This document shows, in pieces, positions 55,211 to 64,000 of a stretch of 64,000 nucleotides of DNA. Position numbers and translations under genes: made by a program. Source of the DNA: an uncultured Chloroflexia bacterium. Lineage in GTDB: Bacteria; Chloroflexota; Limnocylindria; Limnocylindrales; CSP1-4. Each line of letters opens with the position of its first letter. Position 1 is the stretch's first letter. The stretch lies in the NCBI GenBank assembly GCA_963789905.1, contig CAWBMK010000007.1, positions 189,955-253,954 of the forward strand, given 5' to 3'. The notes under the pieces were generated by a model. The model ran no database searches. It worked only from the letters and a program-made list of their open reading frames with translations, and was not told the origin of the DNA.

Positions 55211-57172
55211 ATGAAGGGGGACGAGACCACCGGCTCCAACGAGCCGATCGTCGCACCGTACGGGAGCTGGCGATCGCCGATCACCCTCGAGATGCTCGCC
55301 ACGTCGGGTCGGGCGCTCATCGGCGTTCACGCCCAGGATGGGCGTGTCTGGTGGCTCGAGGGACGGCCCTCAGATGGCGGCCGCGCGACGCTCGTGCGCT
55401 GGGCGCCCGGCGGCGAGCCCGAGGACATGTCGCCTCCAGGGATGAACGTCCGCAGCCGCGTTCATGAGTACGGCGGCGCGGCATTCCTCGTCGATGGCGA
55501 CCTTGTCGTCGTGTCGGATTTCGTCACCGGCCGGCTGCACCGCCTGGGCCCGGGCCGGACGTCCGAGCCGATCACGCCGGAACGAGCCTGGCGCTACGCG
55601 GACGTCATCCATGACACCCGCCGGAGCCGCCTCGTCGCCGTCCGCGAAGACCATGAGACGGGTGGCGAGCATGTCAACGAGCTCGTTGCGATCCCGCTCG
55701 GCGGCGGCGATCTCGAAGTCATCGCTACCGGCCGCGACTTCTACAGCGCTCCCCGCCTGGCACCCGACGGCGACCGCCTCGCCTGGCTCGAATGGGATCA
55801 TCCGAACCTGCCCTGGGACGGCACGAGCCTGCGCCTTGCCGATGTTCGGGCGGACGGCTCGCTTGGGGCGCCGGTCACCGTCTTCGGCAACGCCCACACG
55901 TGGGTGAGCCAGCCTCACTGGTCGGCCGAGGGCGAGCTGTGGTTCGTCGCCGAGCCCGGTGAGTGGGCAAATCTCCACCGCCTCGGCCTCGACGGTCGGG
56001 TGGAGCCCGTGGCCGCGATGGCCGCCGAGTTCACCGGGCCAGACTGGACATTCGGCCAGCAGACATACGGCTTCCTGGCCGACGGGCGGCCCCTCGCCGT
56101 CGCTCGGACCGGTGGCCGCGACCGCCTCTATCTCATCGACCGGCGCGCGGGCTCGACACGAGAGATCGCCCTTCCCTTCACTGAGATCCTGCATCTCTCG
56201 ATCGACGGCGATGCGGTGTACTTCATCGGCGCCCATCCCGCAGCGCGCCTCGCCGTCATGAACCTCGATGTCGGCAGCGGGCGATGGGCGGTCGTTCGGG
56301 CCGGTTCCGACAGCGATCTCGATCCGGCGATCGTGTCGGCCGCCCAGCCGATCACCTACCCGACGACCGATGGCGCGATCGCTCATGCGATCTTCTACCC
56401 GCCCACGAACCCGGCATTCGCGGGCCCCGAGGGAGATCTGCCGCCGCTCATCGTCACCAGCCACGGAGGGCCGACGGGGGGCGCCTACACGGGCCTCTCG
56501 CCGGCGGCCCAGGCGTTCACGAGTCGGGGGATCGCGGTCGTCGACGTCGACTACCGTGGCAGCACCGGCTACGGCAAGGCCTACCGCCGGGCATTGGAGG
56601 GCCGTTGGGGCGTGGTCGATGTCGACGACTGCGTCGCGGCCGCGCAGTCCCTCGTGGCGCGTGGCCTCGTTGACGGCAAGCGCCTGGCGATCCGCGGCGG
56701 CTCGGCGTCGGGCTACACAACGTTGTGCGCCCTCGCATTTCGCGACGGCTTCTCGGCCGGGGCGTCCTGGTTTGGCCTGGCCGACCTCGAGAAGTTCGTC
56801 ATGGACACCCACAAGTTCGAATCGCGCTACCTGTTCAGCCTCGTCGGTCGTTATCCCGAGGCCAAGGAGCTGTACCGCGAGCGTTCACCGATCCATTTCG
56901 TCGATCGAATCAGCGTTCCCGTGATCATCCTCCAGGGCGCCGAGGACCGCGTCGTGCCGCCGAGCGAGGCGGAGGCGATCGTCGCCGCCCTGCGAGCGAA
57001 CCACGTGCCCCACGCCTACCTGCTCTTCCCCGGCGAGGATCACGGCTTCCGCAGCGCCGAGGCCATCATCCGAGCCTACGGCGCCGAGTTGTCCTTCTAT
57101 GCCCAGGTTTTCGGCTTCAGCCTCGCCGACGACGTCGAGCCTCTCGTCATCGAGAACCTCCCCGCGTCCTGA
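55211..57172 (+). CDS. S9-family peptidase
   Basis: APYGSW, HGGP, YRGSTGYG, GGSASG nucleophile, QGAED, GEDHGF. Confidence 0.93.
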   Translation: MKGDETTGSNEPIVAPYGSWRSPITLEMLATSGRALIGVHAQDGRVWWLEGRPSDGGRATLVRWAPGGEPEDMSPPGMNVRSRVHEYGGAAFLVDGDLVVVSDFVTGRLHRLGPGRTSEPITPERAWRYADVIHDTRRSRLVAVREDHETGGEHVNELVAIPLGGGDLEVIATGRDFYSAPRLAPDGDRLAWLEWDHPNLPWDGTSLRLADVRADGSLGAPVTVFGNAHTWVSQPHWSAEGELWFVAEPGEWANLHRLGLDGRVEPVAAMAAEFTGPDWTFGQQTYGFLADGRPLAVARTGGRDRLYLIDRRAGSTREIALPFTEILHLSIDGDAVYFIGAHPAARLAVMNLDVGSGRWAVVRAGSDSDLDPAIVSAAQPITYPTTDGAIAHAIFYPPTNPAFAGPEGDLPPLIVTSHGGPTGGAYTGLSPAAQAFTSRGIAVVDVDYRGSTGYGKAYRRALEGRWGVVDVDDCVAAAQSLVARGLVDGKRLAIRGGSASGYTTLCALAFRDGFSAGASWFGLADLEKFVMDTHKFESRYLFSLVGRYPEAKELYRERSPIHFVDRISVPVIILQGAEDRVVPPSEAEAIVAALRANHVPHAYLLFPGEDHGFRSAEAIIRAYGAELSFYAQVFGFSLADDVEPLVIENLPAS

Positions 57173-57219
57173 CGGCCCGCCGCGTCCTGACGGCAGGCCG
57201 CGTCCTGACGGCAGGCCGC
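57162..57219. repeat. 18-bp tandem repeat x3 spanning the S9 peptidase stop codon
   Basis: CCGCGTCCTGACGGC(CC/AG)G at 57162, 57180 and 57198. Confidence 0.9.
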
Positions 57220-57250
57220 ACCCTCCTCGGGCTTGGGGCGTGCCACGTCC

Positions 57251-57442
57251 TCGCAGAATGCACGCCAGATGAGCGTTGTAGGTCGGATTGCGCAGGGGCG
57301 CGAAGTGCGTCACCGCGCCAGGCACGCCGGGGTGAGCATTCCGGGGCAGATCTGGTCTCCGCCGAGCGTACCGCGACCGCCCACCGTGTCCCCGCCACAA
57401 TACCAGCGCCCCCACAATGCTCACTCGGTGTGCGTACTTCGG
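57251..57442. repeat. 192-bp MITE/REPIN-like element, family A, copy 2
   Basis: Left arm TCGCAGAATGCACGCCAGATGAGCGTTGT; right arm (reverse complement) CCGAAGTACGCACACCGAGTGAGCATTGT; third partial arm at 57322-57340. Confidence 0.7.
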
Positions 57443-57459
57443 TATGTTCGCTGGGGTCC

Positions 57460-58464
57460 CTAGTTCGGGAGAAGCTTGTCGGTCAGGAGCTGATCGACGG
57501 TGACGGGCTTGGCGACCGGACTGTCGGGCAGGTTGGTCATGAAGTCGAGCATGGCGGACCAGCCCGGGCGGTCGAGGGCACCGAGTCCGGCGGTCGCCGT
57601 AGTCTCGTCCTGCCACATGTCGATCGTCGCCTTGAGCACCGCCAGCTGGGTGTCGCGATCGGAACCAACCTCCGGCACGCGGACGATGGCCGCCTCCAGG
57701 CCCTTCTCAGGGTCGGCGATGATCTCCCTCTCGGCCCGCAGCGTCGCATCCACTAACGCACGCAGCGCATCGCCCTTGGCGGCCAGCGTCGAATCGCCGA
57801 CGATCAAGCCGTTGCCGACCAGCGGGACGATGTCGTCGACGGTGAAGACCACAGGATCGCCACCCGCCAGGCCGAGCACCACCGGCTCGTTGTTGGCGAA
57901 GCCCGTCGCCGCATCGCACTCGCCGCGGTCGACGCATGCACTCTGACTGAAGTCCGGGAACAGGACGAGCTCGACATCGTCGGGCGTCAGGCCGGCATCA
58001 CCGAGCAGCGCCTGGAGCATGATCCAGCTCGAGCCGTACCGGCCCGGTGTGCCGATCTTGCGGCCTTTGAGATCGGCGATCGTCTTGATTCCGGATGCGC
58101 CGGGGGCGAACACGACGTTGGGGAAGTCGGCATAGATCGTGGCCCCGTAGCGGATCGGGATGCCCTGGCTGACAGCCGGCACGACCGAGGTCCCATCGGC
58201 GAGGGCGATGTCGACGGCCCCCTGGCCGACGAGCGTGACGAGCTCGAGATCGATCTTGTTGATGAGCTCGACCTCGAGGCCCGCGTCACGGTAGTAGCCG
58301 GCTTGATCGGCGAGGTAGAACTGGGCGAACTGGACCGACGGGAAGAAGCCGAGGCCCACGGCCAGCTTGACGGGTTCGTTCGCCGAGGGCGAGGCACCAC
58401 CGGTGCAGGCGATCGCAGTCGTCGCCATAAGGAGACTTGCGATCGTGAGGCGTGCCGTCCGCAT
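57460..58464 (-). CDS. ABC substrate-binding lipoprotein, NMT1/THI5 family (RibY-like, riboflavin)
   Basis: Lipobox AIAC, PSVQFA, DLKGRKIG, GRYGSS, GFANNEP; FMN riboswitch upstream. Confidence 0.85.
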   Translation of the reverse strand: MRTARLTIASLLMATTAIACTGGASPSANEPVKLAVGLGFFPSVQFAQFYLADQAGYYRDAGLEVELINKIDLELVTLVGQGAVDIALADGTSVVPAVSQGIPIRYGATIYADFPNVVFAPGASGIKTIADLKGRKIGTPGRYGSSWIMLQALLGDAGLTPDDVELVLFPDFSQSACVDRGECDAATGFANNEPVVLGLAGGDPVVFTVDDIVPLVGNGLIVGDSTLAAKGDALRALVDATLRAEREIIADPEKGLEAAIVRVPEVGSDRDTQLAVLKATIDMWQDETTATAGLGALDRPGWSAMLDFMTNLPDSPVAKPVTVDQLLTDKLLPN

Positions 58465-58550
58465 CGATGTCCTCCGGCCCGTTGCGACCTGGGTTGTCGG
58501 TCGCCCTCAGGGGTCGGAAGGGTGGGCACGGTCGCAAGGACACGCGGCCC

Positions 58551-58710
58551 GCCTTCTTCCATCCGGACTCTCACCGTCGGCTCCGGCTCGACGTCCTCGC
58601 GGCCGCCGTTCGGATCTGCTGACACCCAGCGTTGTCGCCGGGCCGCTCGTGGGCTCGCCCGCTCTCACGGGTCCTACCACCGGTCGGGGTTTTCACCCTG
58701 CCCTGAAGGC
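58551..58710 (-). ncRNA. FMN riboswitch (RFN element) with atypical P5/L5
   Basis: Minus strand CUUCAGGGCAGGGUGAAA..CCCGACCGGUGG...CAGAUCCG...CCGGAGCCGACGGUGAGAGUCCGGAUGGAAGAAGG; P1 GCCUUC/GAAGGC; RBS-sequestering stem downstream; TG-n-TACGAT -10 at 58723-58718. Confidence 0.93.
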
Positions 58711-58760
58711 CCGCGAAATCGTAGCACGGAGCCCCGGAGAGTCCTGAATCGGCAACGGAA

Positions 58761-59507
58761 CTAGCCGCGGGCACCCAGCAGGCGGTGCTCGATGGCGACG
58801 ACGATCCCGTACATGACGACCCCCACGACGGCGATCAGGAGGAGCGTCGCGAACAAGAGGGGGATGTCGAAAAGGGCCCCCCTTGCCAGGTTGATCAGGA
58901 CGCCCAGGCCGCGGTCGCCGCCCGCCCACTCGGCCACGATCGCGCCAACGACCGCCAGGGTCACGCCGATCCGGAAGCCACCCAGGATCTGGGGCAGGGC
59001 GGCCGGGACCTCGATCGTTCGGAGGAGCTGGCCTCCTGTCGCCCGAAGCGATCGGCCCATCTCGAGGAGCCCCTGGTCGACGCTACGGAAGCCGATCATC
59101 GTGGAGACGGCGATCGGGAAGAAGACGATCAGGGCGCAGATGACGACGCGGGCCCCCAGTCCGGTCCCGAACCACAGGGCGATGAGCGGGGCGAGGGCGA
59201 GGATCGGCGTCGACTGGGCGGCCACGATGTAGGGGGACAGGACGGCGCCCGCGACGCGCGACCGGGCCAGCGCATATCCGACGAGCAACCCCAGCGTGCC
59301 GCCGACCGCGAGCCCGAGCAGGATTTCGACGAGCGTCGTAACGAGGTGCGGCCAGAAGGTCCCGTCGACCAGGGCATCCACGAACCGCTCGAAGACGACG
59401 ATGGGCCCCGGCAGGATGAATGGCGGGTAGTCGAAGATCGCCACGATCGCGGCCCATCCAACGAGGATCGCCACCGCGCCGAGGGCCACGGCCGCCCAAC
59501 GCTTCAT
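58761..59507 (-). CDS. ABC permease, SsuC/TauC type (RibX-like)
   Basis: ILPGP, QSTPILALAP, FFP, EAA-like loop, AIVAEW. Confidence 0.88.
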   Translation of the reverse strand: MKRWAAVALGAVAILVGWAAIVAIFDYPPFILPGPIVVFERFVDALVDGTFWPHLVTTLVEILLGLAVGGTLGLLVGYALARSRVAGAVLSPYIVAAQSTPILALAPLIALWFGTGLGARVVICALIVFFPIAVSTMIGFRSVDQGLLEMGRSLRATGGQLLRTIEVPAALPQILGGFRIGVTLAVVGAIVAEWAGGDRGLGVLINLARGALFDIPLLFATLLLIAVVGVVMYGIVVAIEHRLLGARG

Positions 59508-60343
59508 GGTTCGTCCGTCGGTTGTGCCGTGTCTGCCGCGGACGCATCGTCGGTGATGGCCGGCCACCCAAGCAGGCTGCGGACTTCGAGCGACGCCGCC
59601 GCAAGAAGGGGCGAGTCGAGGTCGATGATCGTCCGCGGTCGCCCGAGCGGGCTCCGGATCTCGCCGGCGATTCGGGCGGGTCGCTCGGACAGGACGACGA
59701 CCCGATCGGCCAGGAAGAGCGCCTCGCGGACATCATGGGTGACGACGACGATCGTGGTCCCGATCCGGGTCCACAGTCGGAGCAGCTCGACGTCGAAGCG
59801 CTCTCGGGTCAGGGCGTCGAGGGCGGAGAAGGGCTCGTCGAGCAGGAGGATGGAGGGCCCTCGAGCGAGGGCGCGCGCGATCGCCACGCGCTGGCGCATC
59901 CCGCCCGACAGCTCGTGAGGGCGGGCGTCGGCCGATCCTTCGACCCCGACCCGGCGGAGAAGCTCGATACCGCGCTCACGACGATCTTCGATGGGCACGC
60001 CCTCGAGCTCGAGCGGATACGTGGCGTTGTCGACGGCCGAACGCCACGGCAAGAGTCGCGGCTCCTGGAACACGAGCCCGACAGCAGTTTCCGGCCCGTG
60101 GACCGGCCTTCCGACGGCTTCCACCGATCCACCACCCGGCGAGAGGAGGCCGGCGATGAGGCGGAGCAGCGTGCTCTTGCCGGATCCGTTGGGCCCGACG
60201 ATCGCCACCACCTCGCGCGCGGCGACGTCGAGGGAGATGTCGTCGATGACCGGGGCGCCGCCCTCAGAGGTGTCGAAGGCGAAACGAAGTCCGGTCAGGC
60301 GGATCGCCGCCGTCGCCGCGGGCGGTGAGGCGGCCGCGGTCAC
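59504..60343 (-). CDS. ABC ATPase, SsuB/TauB type
   Basis: [36 protein letters not shown]; GTGA overlap with metK stop. Confidence 0.92.
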   Translation of the reverse strand: MTAAASPPAATAAIRLTGLRFAFDTSEGGAPVIDDISLDVAAREVVAIVGPNGSGKSTLLRLIAGLLSPGGGSVEAVGRPVHGPETAVGLVFQEPRLLPWRSAVDNATYPLELEGVPIEDRRERGIELLRRVGVEGSADARPHELSGGMRQRVAIARALARGPSILLLDEPFSALDALTRERFDVELLRLWTRIGTTIVVVTHDVREALFLADRVVVLSERPARIAGEIRSPLGRPRTIIDLDSPLLAAASLEVRSLLGWPAITDDASAADTAQPTDEP

Positions 60344-61566
60344 CCCGCAGCGGCGAGGATCGGCTCCGGCAACCCGGCATCGGCCGCAAGGAGGGCGGCC
60401 TTGTCGACCCGCTCCCACGGCAGGTCGAGATCGCTCCTGCCGAAGTGGCCGTAGGTGGCGGTCTGCCGGTAGATCGGCCGGCGCAGCTCGAGAGCCGAGA
60501 TGATCGAGGCCGGGCGGAGGTCGAAGTGGCGGTCGATGAGGGCCTCGATCCGCTCGTCGTCGATATGTCCGGTTCCGAACGTCTCGATCGACATCGAGAT
60601 GGGGCGGGCGATGCCGATCCCGTAGGCGAGCTCGAGCTCGAAGCGATCGGCGAGCCCGGCCGCCACGACGTTCTTGGCCACCCAGCGAGCCGCATAGGCG
60701 GCCGATCGGTCGACCTTCGTCGGGTCCTTGCCCGAGAAGCAGCCGCCGCCGTGGCGAGCCATCCCGCCGTACGAGTCGACGATGATCTTTCGTCCGGTGA
60801 GGCCGGCGTCGCCCATCGGGCCGCCGGTTACGAAGCGACCGGTCGGGTTGACGTGCATGACCGGATCGACACCCCGCAGCTCGTCGGGGATCGTCGGCAG
60901 GATGACCGTCTCGACGAGGTCGTGGCGGATCCTCTCGGGCCGGACGTCGGGGTCGTGCTGAGCTGCGATGACGACGGTCCTGACGCGCTTCGGAACGCCG
61001 TATTCGTATTCGACCGTGACCTGCGTCTTGCCGTCGGGTCGGAGATACGGCAGCTGGCCCGACTTGCGTACCTCGGCCAGCCGGCGAGCCATTCGATGGG
61101 CGAGCATGATCGGCATCGGCATGAGCTCGGGCGTCTCGCGACAGGCGAAACCGAACATCATCCCCTGGTCACCCGCGCCGAGCTCGCCCGACCCGGCGCC
61201 ATCCTCGCGAACCTCGAGCGCGTCGTTGACGCCCATCGCGATGTCCTTGCTCTGTTCCTTGACCGAGACGAGCGTGCCGCAGGTCAGGTAGTCGAAGCCG
61301 TACTCGGCCTTCGTGTACCCGATGTCGCGGACGGTATCGCGGACCACGACCTGGAGATCGATGTACGTGCTCGTCGAGATCTCGCCGAGGACGACGACCA
61401 ACCCTGTCGTGGTTGCCGTCTCGCAGGCGACGCGAGCGTAGGGGTCCTCGCGGATGATCGCATCGAGGATGGCGTCGCTGATCTGGTCGCACATCTTGTC
61501 CGGGTGGCCTTCGGTGACCGACTCGGACGTGAAGAGGTAGTGGGCGTCGTCGACGATGCTGGTCAT
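60340..61566 (-). CDS. metK: S-adenosylmethionine synthetase
   Basis: [45 protein letters not shown]. Confidence 0.98.
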   Translation of the reverse strand: MTSIVDDAHYLFTSESVTEGHPDKMCDQISDAILDAIIREDPYARVACETATTTGLVVVLGEISTSTYIDLQVVVRDTVRDIGYTKAEYGFDYLTCGTLVSVKEQSKDIAMGVNDALEVREDGAGSGELGAGDQGMMFGFACRETPELMPMPIMLAHRMARRLAEVRKSGQLPYLRPDGKTQVTVEYEYGVPKRVRTVVIAAQHDPDVRPERIRHDLVETVILPTIPDELRGVDPVMHVNPTGRFVTGGPMGDAGLTGRKIIVDSYGGMARHGGGCFSGKDPTKVDRSAAYAARWVAKNVVAAGLADRFELELAYGIGIARPISMSIETFGTGHIDDERIEALIDRHFDLRPASIISALELRRPIYRQTATYGHFGRSDLDLPWERVDKAALLAADAGLPEPILAAAG

Positions 61567-61621
61567 GGCGCGGACTGTAGCACGCGACCTCGGGCCCTCC
61601 GACCCGCCCTCGGGCGAGGCG

Positions 61622-62866
61622 TCACGCGGCGGCGACCTTGGCCTTGAACTCCTCCCAGATGTCGAGCCGCTGTGTGTTCGAGGAGTTGTCCTTTGCGGCC
61701 TCGAGGCTGGCGATGACGGTGGCCGGCGGGTAGATAGCCGGATCGTCGAGCAAGGCTGCGTCGACGAGCGGTCGGGCCTCGTCGTTTGCGGTCGCATAGC
61801 CGTTGTGATTCGACTCCTCTGCCTGGATCGCCGGCTCCTGGATGAAGTCGAGCCAGGCGTACGCGGCGTCCACGTGGGGTGCGCCGGTCAGGAGCGTCCA
61901 CGCGTCGAGGCGGAAGAGCGATCCCTCGATCGGGACGATGTAGCCCGCATCGGACGTCTCGGGCGTCCCAAGCTCGGCGAGCAGCGGCCCCGTCCAGCCG
62001 AGGGCGAGCCACGCCTCCTCGGAAGCCAGGCGCGCCCCGTAGGTGTCCGAATCGATGGCCAGGATGTGTGGGGCCACGCCCAGCAGCACCTTCCGGGCGG
62101 CCGCCAGCTCCTTCTTGTCGACCGAGTTCAGGGAGTAGCCGAGGAGCTTGAGGGGGAACACGAACACGTCGTCCATCGAGTCGACCAGGATCGTCTTGCC
62201 CGAGGCGTCGCCCTTTACGAGCGCCTCGAACTCCTTCCACGATCGTGGCGGCAATGGGACCGCCTTGCCTCTGTAGAGGATGCCGGTCGTGTCGCCGTAG
62301 TCCTTCGGGACGTGGTACTCCTGCTGGGGGTCCCACCAGAGGTGCTGGAAGGCCGGGTTGATGAGCTGGGCGTTCGGGAGCCGGCTGAAGTCGAGCTTCT
62401 GGATGTAACCTTTCTTGATCAGCTGCGGCAGGTACTCCGCGGAAGGGCAGCAGATGTCGGAGCCGGTCGGTCCGGCCGCGAGATCGTCGAGCAGCTGCTG
62501 GTGGCTGCCGAAGCTGTCGTGGTGGACATCGGTCACGCCGAACCGGGTCCCGAACTCGTCGATGTTGTCGGGTGCGATGTTGTCGGTCCAGTCGAGGATG
62601 CCGAGCTCGGTCCCGACGGATGGACTGGGCGAGGCCGGCGGGCCCGATGGGGCCGGCGACGACGATTGCGCCAGCGAGGGTGGGGGAGACGCATCGGCGC
62701 CGCAGGCCGCGAGGATGGCGGCCGAGCCAGTGAGACCAAGGAACCGAAGGGCTGTTCGGCGGTCGATGACCTTCCGGTTGTCGACGCCCGTCCGGCGGTC
62801 GATGACCGTCCGGTTGTCGATGACCGTCGTCGGCTTGGGGCGCGCTGGGCGCGACAGGGGAACTAT
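61622..62866 (-). CDS. PotD/PotF-like polyamine ABC substrate-binding Tat lipoprotein; non-canonical (ATA/CTG) or lost start
   Basis: Frame stays open upstream of 62536 through [23 protein letters not shown] to a TAA at 62881-62879; no ATG/GTG/TTG in that stretch; PotD-like WDP, LGYSLN, PIEG, AYAWLDF. Confidence 0.75.
   Translation of the reverse strand: MVPLSRPARPKPTTVIDNRTVIDRRTGVDNRKVIDRRTALRFLGLTGSAAILAACGADASPPPSLAQSSSPAPSGPPASPSPSVGTELGILDWTDNIAPDNIDEFGTRFGVTDVHHDSFGSHQQLLDDLAAGPTGSDICCPSAEYLPQLIKKGYIQKLDFSRLPNAQLINPAFQHLWWDPQQEYHVPKDYGDTTGILYRGKAVPLPPRSWKEFEALVKGDASGKTILVDSMDDVFVFPLKLLGYSLNSVDKKELAAARKVLLGVAPHILAIDSDTYGARLASEEAWLALGWTGPLLAELGTPETSDAGYIVPIEGSLFRLDAWTLLTGAPHVDAAYAWLDFIQEPAIQAEESNHNGYATANDEARPLVDAALLDDPAIYPPATVIASLEAAKDNSSNTQRLDIWEEFKAKVAAA
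62757..62829 (-). repeat. 18-bp tandem repeat x4 in the signal-peptide region
   Basis: Encodes [24 protein letters not shown]. Confidence 0.85.
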
Positions 62867-62991
62867 GCAGACCTCACGTTATGCCTCGATCCACCCGGGC
62901 CGGAGCCCTCGGGGCCAACGGCCGGGCGCATGGTACCGAAGGGCACCGGGTTCGTCGTCCGACTGCTTGCCCGTGCGAGAATCGACGACCG

Positions 62992-64000
62992 ATGGACATC
63001 GTCGTGCTTGCAGGCGGAGGCGGGACCCGCCTCTGGCCGCTCTCGGATCCGGCGCGACCCAAGCCGTTCCTGCCGCTCCTCGGAGACGAGACGCTCATCC
63101 AGCGGACGGTCGCGAGGCTGGAACCGCTCGTCGACGCCTCGCATGTGACCGTGGTCACCGACGTCCGGTACGCGGATCTGGTCCGCCAGCAGCTCCCCGA
63201 TGTGACGATCGTCGCCGAGCCTGCAGGTCGCAACACCGCCGCCGCGGTGGCCCTCGCCGCGCAGTCCCTGAAGGGATCGCTGGACTCGGTCATGGTCGTC
63301 CTGCCGGCCGATCACGCCATCGGCGACGAGACCACCTTCGTGGGCATGCTCCCGGCGGCCGGGATGCTGGCCACCGGGGGGTTCGGCGTGCCGTCCCCTC
63401 TCGTGACGTTCGGGATCCGACCCGACCACCCGGCGACGGAGTACGGCTACCTCGTTCCCAGGGTCGAGGATGGGGCCGAGATGGCCGGCCTCATGGCCTA
63501 CCCACTGGCCGCCTTCGTCGAGAAGCCCGACCCGGCCCGGGCTGCCGAGCTCCTTGCCCGACCGGGCACGGCCTGGAACGCCGGCATCTTCCTGTGGCGA
63601 CGTCGGGCGATCCTCGACGCGTTCGCCCAGTACGCCGGCGACATCGCCACGACGATCGCGGACGGGCTCGGACGCGACGCTCTTGCGACGTCCTACGACG
63701 AGGTCCGGGCGACGTCGATCGATCGAGCCGTGATGGAGCCGGCGGCAGCCGATGGGCTCGTCGTCATGGCCTCGGCCGACGTCGGCTGGTCCGACCTCGG
63801 ATCGTGGACCGCCCTTCTCGCCCGTCTCGGCGCTCGTGGGACGGGACGGGTCGTCGCCGCCGGCGAAGCCGCCCGCTCAGGGGCCGATGATCTCGTCGTC
63901 GAGCGGATCGACGGGCAGCTCGTCCTCTTCGACGGCCCGCGCGATACCCTCGCCTCACACCCGGTCGCGATCCTCGAGGGGACCGCTCCCGATCGGGAGA
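62992..64000 (+). CDS. manC: mannose-1-phosphate guanylyltransferase, 3' truncated by window edge
   Basis: MDIVVLAGGGGTRLWPLS, PKPFL, EPAGRNTA, PADH, EYGY, FVEKP, WNAGIF, GWSDLGSW. Confidence 0.92.
   Translation, partial: MDIVVLAGGGGTRLWPLSDPARPKPFLPLLGDETLIQRTVARLEPLVDASHVTVVTDVRYADLVRQQLPDVTIVAEPAGRNTAAAVALAAQSLKGSLDSVMVVLPADHAIGDETTFVGMLPAAGMLATGGFGVPSPLVTFGIRPDHPATEYGYLVPRVEDGAEMAGLMAYPLAAFVEKPDPARAAELLARPGTAWNAGIFLWRRRAILDAFAQYAGDIATTIADGLGRDALATSYDEVRATSIDRAVMEPAAADGLVVMASADVGWSDLGSWTALLARLGARGTGRVVAAGEAARSGADDLVVERIDGQLVLFDGPRDTLASHPVAILEGTAPDRE

Noticed and set aside
57162-57219. Short repeats as a possible mini-CRISPR
   Set aside because: Contiguous 18-bp units with no spacers, and no cas genes in the window
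61567-61621. SAM riboswitch upstream of metK (or SAH riboswitch before ahcY)
   Set aside because: Only 55 nt of intergenic DNA with a -10 box 7 nt from the ATG; ahcY overlaps the preceding gene; no aptamer motifs

Overview
GC-rich (roughly 70% by eye) bacterial chromosomal segment, most consistent with Chloroflexota (possibly Limnocylindria-like; inferred from gene order and a RibXY-type transporter, not proven). The backbone is housekeeping: gap-pgk-eno, rpsT, lepA-hemW-hrcA-grpE-dnaK, dnaJ-prmA-mtaB-HIT, rpsU-yqeY-pgpH-ybeY-pth-mfd, apt-mtnA-GNAT-ahcY, metK and manC. Accessory blocks interrupt it: GDP-rhamnose/glycosyltransferase genes, and an 18-kb block between dnaK and dnaJ carrying a divergent amino-sugar catabolic cluster with a MetE-like zinc enzyme, an ATP-grasp/C45 pair and an ABC-2 exporter. 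Non-coding highlights are a perfect CIRCE, a DasR/HutC-type operator array, an FMN riboswitch whose L5 T-loop is replaced by a GNRA-capped hairpin, two apparently distinct families of REPIN/MITE-like palindromic intergenic elements (two copies each) and many leaderless-type promoters. Ribosomal protein S20 carries a long histone-like tail. Several single-base frameshifts look like long-read assembly errors. No tRNA, rRNA, CRISPR array or transposase was seen.
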